The notes under the pieces are model-generated. The model saw nothing but the letters and a program-made list of their open reading frames with translations, had not been told where the DNA came from and ran no database searches. A program made the position numbers and the translations under genes. 56,373 bases of DNA from a virus (taxonomy: Duplodnaviria; Caudoviricetes). Shown here one piece after another: positions 19,258-28,146 of the stretch. The stretch lies in the IMG/VR virus record IMGVR_UViG_3300029319_007099, positions 1-56,373 of that record; one strand, given 5' to 3'. Within the stretch, counting starts at the first letter, position 1; each line of letters begins with the position of its first letter.

Positions 19258-20274
19258 ATGAATAACTTACACACTTTGTACGCCGCAGAAGAAGTTCAGT
19301 CACATTGTAAGGATTGTTCTATTCTTCTGAAGAAAAAGCCAGTCTATTGCGTGGAGGATTACAAGAAGTTAAAGCAGTCAGATGTGCTTTTCCTGTCTGA
19401 TTCTATCAAACACAGGTTTGGAAAGTCCTACGCTTTCTCAAAACAAGAAATCGAAATTATATCTGATTTTTTTCCTGGAGATACATATCAGATGGCTGCA
19501 TCAGTAAAGTGTCCGTCTGTTAAGGAAGCCGATATGAGTCCAGCAAACATGGAGGCTTGCAGGAACTACCTTCAGGCCACTATTGATAAGGTAAAACCGC
19601 GCCTTGTTTTTGTGTGCGGCAACTTAGCCATGAAGATGCTGATAAAGAAGAGCGGCATTACAGACAAGAGAGGTAAATCTTATGATTATTCAACTGATAA
19701 CGGGCATGATTGCGTTGTTGTTCCTATCTTTCATCCTTATTCTGTGGTTAAGGAACCTCGGCATAGGGTATTATTCGAGACGGACATCAGGAATGCATAC
19801 GAGAAGTATGTACTTGGCAAGACGCACGAAGGAAAACTCGAATACAAAGTCTTAACAGACATACAGGAAGTGGTGCATCTGGCAGAAAAGCTAAAGGACT
19901 CAGAAGAAACGCTGGCAATGGATATTGAAACCACAGGCCTTAACTTCCTAACTGACAGTATTCAAACGATAGCTATTTCATCTAGAGAGACAAACTGGGT
20001 GATCCCATGTGACCATAAGGATTCTCCTTTCAGAAAGGGTGAGCCTGACTACGGGAAAGTCTGGACTTCTTTGCGGAAGATTCTAGAGAATCCCAAGAAC
20101 AAAAAGGTCTTTCACAATGCCAAGTTCGACCTCAAGTTTCTACTTAACTATGGGATCTATACTAAGAATGTGTGGGACACTAAGATCATGCACCATCTTC
20201 TTGATGAGAACCTACCTAAGAGTTTGATGGATTTGGTTAAGCTTTATTTCCCGACCGAGCTTGAAAGCCTTTAG
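19258..20274 (+). CDS. DNA polymerase A, part 1: uracil-DNA-glycosylase family 4-like domain plus N-terminal part of the 3'-5' exonuclease
   Basis: UDG-like motifs CKDC, VKCP, EACRNYL, KPRLVFVCGNLA and PIFHP; ExoI DIETTG, ExoII FHNAKFD, then DTKIM. Confidence 0.85.
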   Translation: MNNLHTLYAAEEVQSHCKDCSILLKKKPVYCVEDYKKLKQSDVLFLSDSIKHRFGKSYAFSKQEIEIISDFFPGDTYQMAASVKCPSVKEADMSPANMEACRNYLQATIDKVKPRLVFVCGNLAMKMLIKKSGITDKRGKSYDYSTDNGHDCVVVPIFHPYSVVKEPRHRVLFETDIRNAYEKYVLGKTHEGKLEYKVLTDIQEVVHLAEKLKDSEETLAMDIETTGLNFLTDSIQTIAISSRETNWVIPCDHKDSPFRKGEPDYGKVWTSLRKILENPKNKKVFHNAKFDLKFLLNYGIYTKNVWDTKIMHHLLDENLPKSLMDLVKLYFPTELESL

Positions 20275-20740
20275 CTATTTTTTCTAAAGCCTCGATCCGA
20301 GCTTCGTTTTTCTTCATTACTTGATCTTGTTCATCGTCCCTTGCGTCAATGTCCGCTTGGGAGACGGTGTTATGGATAGATCCAAATTTCTTGAACCAAG
20401 TTCGACCTTTCTTACTAAAGAGGGGAAGGAATACAAAGAGGATTAAATACCAATAACCCAGTGTCTTAATTAAACCACCTGTTTCGTGTAATGTAGATGC
20501 CGTAGTCCCTTGTACTGGTCCTGCACCTGCTACCTGAGCTACGACTGCCGCAGGGCTCTGAGAGGGGAAGATCATTTCTGTAACCATCACTCCACCTGCG
20601 GCCCCTGCTGCAACTGCTGCTGGCTCAGGGACAAAGGCTGCAACCGCACCTGCTCCAGCAGCACCGCCAATGGCGTGTTTAATTGTGCCGCACCCAGCCA
20701 ACATTAACATTAACGATATACTTATTACTGCGTTTCTCAT
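20237..20740 (-). CDS. Lipoprotein with glycine zipper and a C-proximal transmembrane helix
   Basis: MRNAVISISLMLMLAGC lipobox, GGAAGAGAVAA..AAGAAGG zipper, hydrophobic LGYWYLILFVFLPLF and a coiled-coil tail. Confidence 0.75.
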   Translation of the reverse strand: MRNAVISISLMLMLAGCGTIKHAIGGAAGAGAVAAFVPEPAAVAAGAAGGVMVTEMIFPSQSPAAVVAQVAGAGPVQGTTASTLHETGGLIKTLGYWYLILFVFLPLFSKKGRTWFKKFGSIHNTVSQADIDARDDEQDQVMKKNEARIEALEKIAKGFQARSGNKA

Positions 20741-20776
20741 TGATTTTTTGGTTCCATTGACCTCTAATATATAGCC

Positions 20777-21256
20777 ATGCTTACCATACAAAACCCCAAT
20801 AAATTTGATTGGTCCTCCATGTCATTGTCTGACTGTTGTGAGGGTAATGCGATGGACTCCTACTTTACCTTGAAGCTTTTTGATTTGGTTCATGAAAAGT
20901 TAGAGGATTTAGGTGTTTTACGCTTTGCTGAGAACATCTTTTCAGATGCCATGACCACTTTTGCTGAGATGGAATATGAGGGCTTATTGGTAAGCGATGA
21001 TAAGCTATCAGTTCTGGAGAAGGAGTTGTACGAGTTAACTCTAAACCAAGAGGATGACCTATACCTGTATGATCAGATACAAAAGAAAGATAATCTGTCC
21101 TCCAACAATGATTTGATAGACATCTTTTACTTAAGAGAGGGAGGCTTTGAGTTTTATCCTCCTGATAAGACAGCCAAAGGGTCTCCTTCGGTATCAGCAC
21201 CTACACTTAAAATTTTACTAGAGCAAATCAATGAGGAGATTGTCAGACGATCATGA
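20777..21256 (+). CDS. DNA polymerase A, part 2: ExoIII helix and thumb
   Basis: GNAMD (ExoIII-like), EMEYEGL, NLSSNNDL and KTAKGSPSVSAPTL. Confidence 0.8.
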   Translation: MLTIQNPNKFDWSSMSLSDCCEGNAMDSYFTLKLFDLVHEKLEDLGVLRFAENIFSDAMTTFAEMEYEGLLVSDDKLSVLEKELYELTLNQEDDLYLYDQIQKKDNLSSNNDLIDIFYLREGGFEFYPPDKTAKGSPSVSAPTLKILLEQINEEIVRRS

Positions 21257-22374
21257 GTGCAAAGTGGCAACACAGAGACGAAGGCAAGAAGATAAGTAAG
21301 AGCGTCATCAGATCTAAGTCTTTGGATGAATTAAAAGATGCATCTAAGTTCATCACGCAGCTTTTGGAGCTAAGAAAAGCTCAGAAGCTGCAAAAAACTT
21401 ATATCCATGGCACAAAAAAAGCATTGGACTACAATGAGAGCGGTAAGCTTTATGTGGATTACAGACTTGACGGAACAGCTACAGGGAGGCTTTCGTGTGC
21501 AGCGTATAATGCTGAGAAGCCCATGGGTGTTTCTTTCCACACCTTACCTAGAGAGACTACCACAAACATTAGAAGTATGTTTGTGGCACCAAAAGGTAAG
21601 GCTTTTGTGACGGTTGATTACGCTGCCATGGAACTGCGTGTTCTTGCTCATATAGCCAAAGAGAAGAGTATGCAACACGCTTTTAAATCTGGCGCGGACC
21701 TACACTCGTACACTGCTAGACTCCTGTTTAATAAAGAAGATATCACTAAAGAGGAGAGGCAGATAGCTAAGACTGTATCCTTCTTAATCGTTTATGGTGG
21801 TGGTGCTTTCAACTTATCTGAGACTATGGCTATCCCTTTGGATAGAGCGGAAGAGATTATTAGTAATTACCAAAGAGTTTACCCTGGCATCTTTAGGTAT
21901 ATGGAGTTTGTCAACGACTTCATTAAAGAGAATGGTTATGCCTATACGATCTTTGGAAGGAGAAGAAATCTTCCTGATGTTAGAAGCAAAGATAGGTCTG
22001 TTATTAATAGGGCTCTTAGACAGGGCCTAAATTTCACCATTCAAAGCTCTGCATCAGATATCCTTTTGTGTAGTTTGCTAGGTGTCGCAAAGAGGTTCAA
22101 AGAAAATTCTTTGGATGCTAAGGTTGTCGCAACTGTTCACGATAGTTTAGAGATTATTTCCTCAGAGAAAGATTTAGAGGCTTGCCTAGAGATAGTCTAT
22201 GATGAACTAGTAAATTACCCCAACCTGCGTAGGCTCTTTGGAATTAACTTTGATGTTCCTTTAGCTGTCGATTTTGAGGTTGGCAGGTCGTTCGGTGATG
22301 GTAAGGATGTCACTTTTGCTGACAATAAGCCTACAAACCTGGACGATATTCTAGCATATCTAAAGGAAAACTAA
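21253..22374 (+). CDS. polA: DNA polymerase A, part 3: palm/fingers catalytic domain
   Basis: LLELRKAQKL, GTATGRLS, motif A DYAAMELR, motif B RQIAKTVSFLIVYG, NFTIQSSASD and motif C TVHDS. Confidence 0.95.
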   Translation: MSAKWQHRDEGKKISKSVIRSKSLDELKDASKFITQLLELRKAQKLQKTYIHGTKKALDYNESGKLYVDYRLDGTATGRLSCAAYNAEKPMGVSFHTLPRETTTNIRSMFVAPKGKAFVTVDYAAMELRVLAHIAKEKSMQHAFKSGADLHSYTARLLFNKEDITKEERQIAKTVSFLIVYGGGAFNLSETMAIPLDRAEEIISNYQRVYPGIFRYMEFVNDFIKENGYAYTIFGRRRNLPDVRSKDRSVINRALRQGLNFTIQSSASDILLCSLLGVAKRFKENSLDAKVVATVHDSLEIISSEKDLEACLEIVYDELVNYPNLRRLFGINFDVPLAVDFEVGRSFGDGKDVTFADNKPTNLDDILAYLKEN

Positions 22375-22382
22375 ATCTTTTT

Positions 22383-23420
22383 ATGGTAAAGACTTTAATT
22401 ATCGGAGATATTCACATCTCCAATAAGGACGCAAGATTGCGGGATGCTCAAGAGAAATGCATCAAAAAAATATATGATACCGAAAAGCCTGACGAGGTTA
22501 TACAACTAGGGGACTTCTTAGACTTCAGGAAACCCTCTCCTGAGGCGATGATAACCGCTAAAAATATAATAGATCATTGGAAAAAAGAATCTAATGTATA
22601 TATCCTACGAGGTAATCACTGCGCCAGCACTAAGGCCGATGATGGTGTAACAGCCATGAGCCTGTTTGAGGGCGCTGCCAACCAAAAGCTTTTACCTTAT
22701 GTAAGGGATCGAGTTCAAGCAGTAAAAATAATCACCCACACATGGTTTGACCACAGAACGAAGAGGGCTTTTATTCCACACTATGAAAATGAAGAGACAA
22801 TTATCCAAGCCCTTGAGCGTGTGCCTAGAGATTATACTGTTTTTGGTCACTTTGGTTACTTCGGTTGTCTTAATTCCGTTGGGGATCATGATTTTGATAT
22901 CAACATTAATAGCTTCAGGAATGATACTATCCTGGGTCATATTCACAGAAAAAATGAGAGAACTTTTAAATCAAATGGACAAGAAAAATCATTACTAATT
23001 TTAGGAACTCCGTACACCACTAATTTTGGAGAGTCAGGAAAGCAAAATTACTATGCAACAATAAGTAAGGGCGAGCTTAAGTTACATGAAATAGATCATG
23101 GTCCTAGGCACATGATGATTCTTAATAAAGATCTTCCTGATTGTATTGATGACATTAATAACGATAACTACCACACTTATCTTAGAGTGGTTCTAGATGC
23201 GGGAGAGCCTTTGAATGATATAGAGGGGGTTTGCGCTGCATCCATTGATGTGAAATATGCTCCAGCGTTTGACGAGGAGGATGTCTCAACATATAGACCT
23301 AGAAGAGATCTTTTTAAGGTCAACGAAATGGTCATAGAGGACTACATAAAGTCAGCTAATTCTTGTATTGAAAAAGATAAGTTAATGGATGGATACAACT
23401 TGCTAAGGTATGAAGATTAA
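22383..23420 (+). CDS. gp47: Recombination endonuclease subunit (gp47/SbcD/Mre11-like metallophosphoesterase)
   Basis: Motifs GDIH, LGD, GNH, GH and LGHIH. Confidence 0.9.
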   Translation: MVKTLIIGDIHISNKDARLRDAQEKCIKKIYDTEKPDEVIQLGDFLDFRKPSPEAMITAKNIIDHWKKESNVYILRGNHCASTKADDGVTAMSLFEGAANQKLLPYVRDRVQAVKIITHTWFDHRTKRAFIPHYENEETIIQALERVPRDYTVFGHFGYFGCLNSVGDHDFDININSFRNDTILGHIHRKNERTFKSNGQEKSLLILGTPYTTNFGESGKQNYYATISKGELKLHEIDHGPRHMMILNKDLPDCIDDINNDNYHTYLRVVLDAGEPLNDIEGVCAASIDVKYAPAFDEEDVSTYRPRRDLFKVNEMVIEDYIKSANSCIEKDKLMDGYNLLRYED

Positions 23421-24996
23421 AAATATAAAAATTCAAAACTTTTACTCGTTTGAATCTGCTGAAGTTAACTTTGATAAGTTTAAAAATATTGTCCTAATCA
23501 AGGGTCAGAATAAAGATGCAAAGGGCTCAAACGGTTCGGGAAAGAGTGCTTTCATTGAGGCAATATACTTTGGCTTAACAGGTAAGACCATCAGGAAGAG
23601 CACAGAGGATGCCATGGTTCATGTGAAACACAAAAAGAAGTGTCTCGTTGAACTTACTTTGGACAATGGCATGAAGATTACTCGACAGAAAAAACCGTCA
23701 AAACTACATGTTTTAATTGATGGGAAAGACGAAACCAAAGAAAGCATAGCCAAGACCCAACAATACATAGACGAGGTTTTAAATTTAAATTATAAGGTAT
23801 TACTGTCCTCTATGTTTTTCGGACAGGGCAACTCAGTAACTTTTTTGGAATGCTCTGCCGAAGACAAAAGAAATATAATAAAAACTTTTCTAGATTTAGA
23901 TGAAGTTTTTGAGATGCGGGATAGAATAAAAACACACAAGGCTGGTTTTTATAATACCATGAAAGAGCAGGATTCTTTGATAGAGGAACACCGCTCAATG
24001 ATCGAAGAGTTTACCACTAAGATTGAACAGATAAAAAAGGCGAAGGAGCATTTCTCAGGCTACGATGAAAGCATTCTTAGTTTATCTTTAGACGAAATAT
24101 TAGAGGCTGAAGAGAAAGAATCTGAAAGATCTTGGCAACTTGTTTCGATAAATCGAGACATAGATAGTGTTAAGCAAGAAATAGTAAAACAAAAATCGCG
24201 GTTAGAAGTGGGGGACACGAAGGGTGTTTGTGATAAGTGTGGGCAGCCAGTAGAAGAGAAAGTAAACGCTGCGTTTATTCAAGCTGAGATCGCAAAGCTA
24301 GAAAAAGAACATTTGGTGCTGCTCAATTCTAGGGATACTTTAGAAGACGCTAAGATTGATACTCCAATAAGCTCAAAAGAATACTCAAAAGTTTTAGCTT
24401 TCAAAGAGCTTTGTAGAGATGAAACAAATTATGCTGAGTTCGTTAAATCATACAAAGATAAAATTAAAATAAGGTCTGATGTTAAGGCAGAGAACAAACT
24501 AGATTATGAGGTGATGAGGTTTTGGGAGAAGGCTTTTTCTCAACAAGGCATAATCAAATTCATAATTAGAAACATTCTAGATTACCTCAATAATAAGGTT
24601 AATTATTATTTATCTTTCTTAACAAACTCTAAGTATAGTTTATTTTTTGATGAAGAATTAAACGAAAAAGTGATAACAAATGATAGCGATATACAGTATA
24701 TATCCTTATCTGGTGGTGAGAAGCGGAAGGTTAACCTAGCTGTTACCATGGCTCTGAAAGATTTACTGTTGCTTACGGATAAGAACCAAACAAATGTTCT
24801 TTTCTTAGATGAGATTGCAGAGAATCTAGATGAAGAAGGAATAACTGGTTTACATAACTTATTACAAGAGATAAAGAAAGATAAACTAATCTTTATAATC
24901 ACTCATAATAAATACTTAAAAACTTTATTGCACTCTGCACCCCGTCTGTCTATTATTAAATCCAAAGGAGTATCAAAGATAACAAAATGGCGTTAG
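23410..24996 (+). CDS. gp46: Recombination ATPase subunit (gp46/SbcC/Rad50-like)
   Basis: Walker A GSNGSGKS, zinc hook CDKC, signature LSGGE, Walker B FLDE and H-loop ITH. Confidence 0.95.
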   Translation: MKIKNIKIQNFYSFESAEVNFDKFKNIVLIKGQNKDAKGSNGSGKSAFIEAIYFGLTGKTIRKSTEDAMVHVKHKKKCLVELTLDNGMKITRQKKPSKLHVLIDGKDETKESIAKTQQYIDEVLNLNYKVLLSSMFFGQGNSVTFLECSAEDKRNIIKTFLDLDEVFEMRDRIKTHKAGFYNTMKEQDSLIEEHRSMIEEFTTKIEQIKKAKEHFSGYDESILSLSLDEILEAEEKESERSWQLVSINRDIDSVKQEIVKQKSRLEVGDTKGVCDKCGQPVEEKVNAAFIQAEIAKLEKEHLVLLNSRDTLEDAKIDTPISSKEYSKVLAFKELCRDETNYAEFVKSYKDKIKIRSDVKAENKLDYEVMRFWEKAFSQQGIIKFIIRNILDYLNNKVNYYLSFLTNSKYSLFFDEELNEKVITNDSDIQYISLSGGEKRKVNLAVTMALKDLLLLTDKNQTNVLFLDEIAENLDEEGITGLHNLLQEIKKDKLIFIITHNKYLKTLLHSAPRLSIIKSKGVSKITKWR

Positions 24997-26918
24997 CAAA
25001 TTTAAATGAGTTGGGTCAAGAAATTTTCGAGACAAGGTACGCTTACCCAGGCGAAACCAAATGGGCCGAGAGAGCTAAGTCTGTCGCAAAGGTCATGGCA
25101 TCAGCCGAGAAGGATGAGGACAAAGAAAAGATTGAGAAGATCTTTTACGATGCAGTTGGTTCGGGAGACCTTATTCCAGGCGGTAGAATTATTTTCGGTG
25201 CTGGTCGCAACCGTGGTAATCATAATCTGCTTAACTGTTATGTTATTATTCCAGAAGATTCAGTCGATTCTATAGGAAAGACTGTTCAGGATATGTATAG
25301 AATATCCTGTGCTGGTGGTGGCGTAGGTTTTAATGTTTCAAAGATCAGACCTAAAGGTGACCACATTGGTAGCGTAAAAAATTCAGCCCCAGGCGCAGTA
25401 TCTGTGCTTAAAATGATTAATGAGGTAGGTGAACATGTCCGTGCTGGTAAGAATCGCAGAACTGCTCTTATGGGTATCCTTAATGTTACCCACCCTGATC
25501 TACTTGAGTTTTTGCATGTAAAGTTAGATCAAGGTGAGCTAAACAATTTTAATATTTCCGTAGCCATCACCAATCGTTTCCTTGAAGCGGTGGAGTTGGA
25601 TGATGATTGGTATTTCTCTTTCAACAACAAAGAGTATCATTCTTATGAACTGGTGCGACATTGGGAAGGAGACCAAGGTGATGGCATGAGTGGCTCTGGG
25701 GGTGAGGTTATTCGTGTTGTAGGCATGGATGAAGAGGATGCCATAACCCGAGCAGAGAACTTTCATAAGAAAAACTGGTCTGATAAGTTTGAAATGATTG
25801 GTCGTAAAGATATTAAGGCTAGAGAGTTATGGAATATTATCTGGGAAAACTCCGTAGAATCTGGAGATCCAGGCATCTATAACATCGACTTGGCTAATAA
25901 ATATACTAATGTGTCGTATTTTGAAAGCCTTGATTCAACCAATCCTTGTGGGGAAATCTCGTTACCATCCTATGGAAACTGCTGCCTCGCTAATATTAAT
26001 CTCAGTAATATGGTGCCTGATGGTAGTTCTGATCTTGATTGGAAAAGATTGGCTCGTACAGTGCGTACAGGAATTAGGTTTTTAGATAATGTTTTAACAG
26101 TTAACACATTCCCAACAGAGGAGTGTAAATTAGTTGGCGAGAGGTCTCGCCGCATCGGGCTAGGTGTGACAGGGTTACACTATATGCTCATTAAACTGGG
26201 GATCAAGTATGGTAGTGAGAAGTGCCTAGAGTTTTTAGATAGGTTGTTCAGTACGATTAGAGATGAGGCATATAAAATGTCCATCTACTTGGCTAGAGAT
26301 AAGAAGCCATTCCCAGAATTTGATTACAAGAAATATTTGAATGAAGATTTTGCAAGAACGCTTCCTGCTAGAATCAGGATGCTTATTAAACGCTACGGGA
26401 TTAGAAATGCAGTTATGCTTACAATTCCCCCCTGCGGAACTATCTCAATGCTCCACGGTGTTTCTAGCGGTATCGAGCCAATATTTGCTGCTATGTATAA
26501 TCGCAGGTATCGCCATGCGAATATTTGGAAGGAGCAATTAGTTGTCGATCCGTTATTCCAAGAGTATTACGAAAAAGGAGTACCCCTCGATAACTTCGTG
26601 GGAGCCTACGATGTTTCGCCCGACGATCACATTAAGGTACAGGCGACGGTTCAGAAGTACATCGACTCTTGTATCTCCAAAACAATCAACCTTCCTGCTG
26701 AGGCAACACCTGAAAGCTTTTCTCAAGCGGCTTTGGACTATGCTCCATACCTGAAAGGCTTGACTGTGTATCGTGCTGGATCTAAAGGAAATGAGCCCTT
26801 ACAAGCCATCCCTCTTACTCAAACCAATGTCGATAAGTACATGAAAGGCAAAGAAAAAACTGCCTCAATGCAAACAGGGGATGCCTGTTCTTTAGCAGGA
26901 GGAGACTGTGGCGCGTAG
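24987..26918 (+). CDS. nrdJ: Ribonucleotide reductase, probably class II (adenosylcobalamin-dependent)
   Basis: Motifs PGGRI, NCY, GGGVG, TNPCGEI, RRIGLG, ISKTINLP and a C-terminal Cys pair (CSLAGGDC); no R2 subunit gene in the window. Confidence 0.85.
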   Translation: MALANLNELGQEIFETRYAYPGETKWAERAKSVAKVMASAEKDEDKEKIEKIFYDAVGSGDLIPGGRIIFGAGRNRGNHNLLNCYVIIPEDSVDSIGKTVQDMYRISCAGGGVGFNVSKIRPKGDHIGSVKNSAPGAVSVLKMINEVGEHVRAGKNRRTALMGILNVTHPDLLEFLHVKLDQGELNNFNISVAITNRFLEAVELDDDWYFSFNNKEYHSYELVRHWEGDQGDGMSGSGGEVIRVVGMDEEDAITRAENFHKKNWSDKFEMIGRKDIKARELWNIIWENSVESGDPGIYNIDLANKYTNVSYFESLDSTNPCGEISLPSYGNCCLANINLSNMVPDGSSDLDWKRLARTVRTGIRFLDNVLTVNTFPTEECKLVGERSRRIGLGVTGLHYMLIKLGIKYGSEKCLEFLDRLFSTIRDEAYKMSIYLARDKKPFPEFDYKKYLNEDFARTLPARIRMLIKRYGIRNAVMLTIPPCGTISMLHGVSSGIEPIFAAMYNRRYRHANIWKEQLVVDPLFQEYYEKGVPLDNFVGAYDVSPDDHIKVQATVQKYIDSCISKTINLPAEATPESFSQAALDYAPYLKGLTVYRAGSKGNEPLQAIPLTQTNVDKYMKGKEKTASMQTGDACSLAGGDCGA

Positions 26919-27015
26919 AAACGATCAAGTAACTAGAGAGGTGGTCGCTTTGGCTATCGTGTATGCTACTTTAGGATCATTATTGTTATACGGGTTACTA
27001 AATTGGTTAGGCTAA
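26908..27015 (+). CDS. Small single-pass membrane peptide (35 aa), not in the ORF track
   Basis: GTG after AGGAGGAG; MARRNDQVTREVVALAIVYATLGSLLLYGLLNWLG*; the stop overlaps the next ATG (TAATG). Confidence 0.55.
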   Translation: MARRNDQVTREVVALAIVYATLGSLLLYGLLNWLG

Positions 27016-27446
27016 TGAGTTTATTTTTAGGGTTTGTAACTGCCTGTCTTCCTCCAGTCATAGAACACACTTTCATGGTGGACGGCGCGATTGAGTGGGT
27101 CGCTAACGCAGAAGATAATATCTGTGGATTAAGTGATTTGAGAATGATTCGACAGCCTGGGGTTGTTGATTGGGTTGCTCTGATGGATTCTACATCAGAG
27201 ATGAAAAAAATTAAAAGAGAGGGCATCAGAAGGGACAGTCCAGAGGGTATATTATTAATTACGAAAGCTGAGGGTAAATGTAGAACTGCTTGTGTAAAGC
27301 AGATGCGTAAAACTAAGGTGGATAGTATGTGGAAACGAATTACACATGAAAGTAAGTTGCCTTGGGAGCAGACTGACGCTGTAATTGATATCATCAACAA
27401 CGAACAGAAGAAAGCTGTTCTTTTTAAGTGGAGAGAAACCGAATGA
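27015..27446 (+). CDS. Hypothetical protein with hydrophobic N-terminus
   Basis: Starts MSLFLGFVTAC; translationally coupled on both sides. Confidence 0.55.
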   Translation: MSLFLGFVTACLPPVIEHTFMVDGAIEWVANAEDNICGLSDLRMIRQPGVVDWVALMDSTSEMKKIKREGIRRDSPEGILLITKAEGKCRTACVKQMRKTKVDSMWKRITHESKLPWEQTDAVIDIINNEQKKAVLFKWRETE

Positions 27447-27697
27447 CATTTGTAATACAAGAGCCTTGTGTGGCAACAAAAGACACAGCCTGTGTAGATG
27501 TTTGTCCTGTGGACTGCATTTACGAAGTAGAGCCCAAGGAGGAGTTCTTGAATCTACCCATGTTCATCCACGCTGATGAGTGCATTGATTGTGGTGCTTG
27601 CGAGCCTGAGTGTCCTGTTGATGCAATTCGCATGGATACCGAGGCCGATGAAAAGTGGATTGAAATTAATGCAAAACTTTCGGAGGAGCAAGGTTGA
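27443..27697 (+). CDS. Dicluster (7Fe-type) ferredoxin
   Basis: CVATKDTACVDVCP and CIDCGACEPECP motifs. Confidence 0.92.
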   Translation: MTFVIQEPCVATKDTACVDVCPVDCIYEVEPKEEFLNLPMFIHADECIDCGACEPECPVDAIRMDTEADEKWIEINAKLSEEQG

Positions 27698-28146
27698 CAA
27701 AATACGACTGGATTTGCAACGATTGTGAGGTGGTTTGGGAACAGGATCACCCTTTAGGTAAAGCGCCGAAAGAAACTGAGTGCCCTGAGTGCGGTAAAAT
27801 GCGTGGAAGAAACTGGGCTTCAGTGACAACCTTTAGAATGAAGGGGGATTGTCACACAAATAGGGTCAGGTTACGAGAGAGGTATGATAAAGGTATGGAC
27901 AAGGACACCGCAGAGGAGTTCTATGATACAGCGATCAAAGCCTCTAAGAGAAGTATAGAGACAGGATGGAAGAATTACTCAAAAGTTGAGCCTAACATAG
28001 CAGCCTTTAGAGAAAAGGGTTTAGTGCGAAAGAGGAGTGAGCAAGAGGCACAACAAGCGACGGAAAACGCTAAAAAATTGACAGAGGCAGTCTATAATGA
28101 TAGGAACATTGACATCAAAGAGACCATTCAACGAAAGCCTCAATAA
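27694..28146 (+). CDS. FmdB-like zinc-ribbon protein
   Basis: YDWICNDC...CPECG. Confidence 0.7.
   Translation: MTKYDWICNDCEVVWEQDHPLGKAPKETECPECGKMRGRNWASVTTFRMKGDCHTNRVRLRERYDKGMDKDTAEEFYDTAIKASKRSIETGWKNYSKVEPNIAAFREKGLVRKRSEQEAQQATENAKKLTEAVYNDRNIDIKETIQRKPQ

Noticed and set aside
19258-22374. Polymerase fragments as a pseudogene, an intron-split gene or an intein-split gene
   Set aside because: Catalytic motifs are intact and the fragments have proper starts and coupling. I saw no Cys/Ser...His-Asn intein ends and no group I/II intron or homing endonuclease features. Splicing is not formally excluded.
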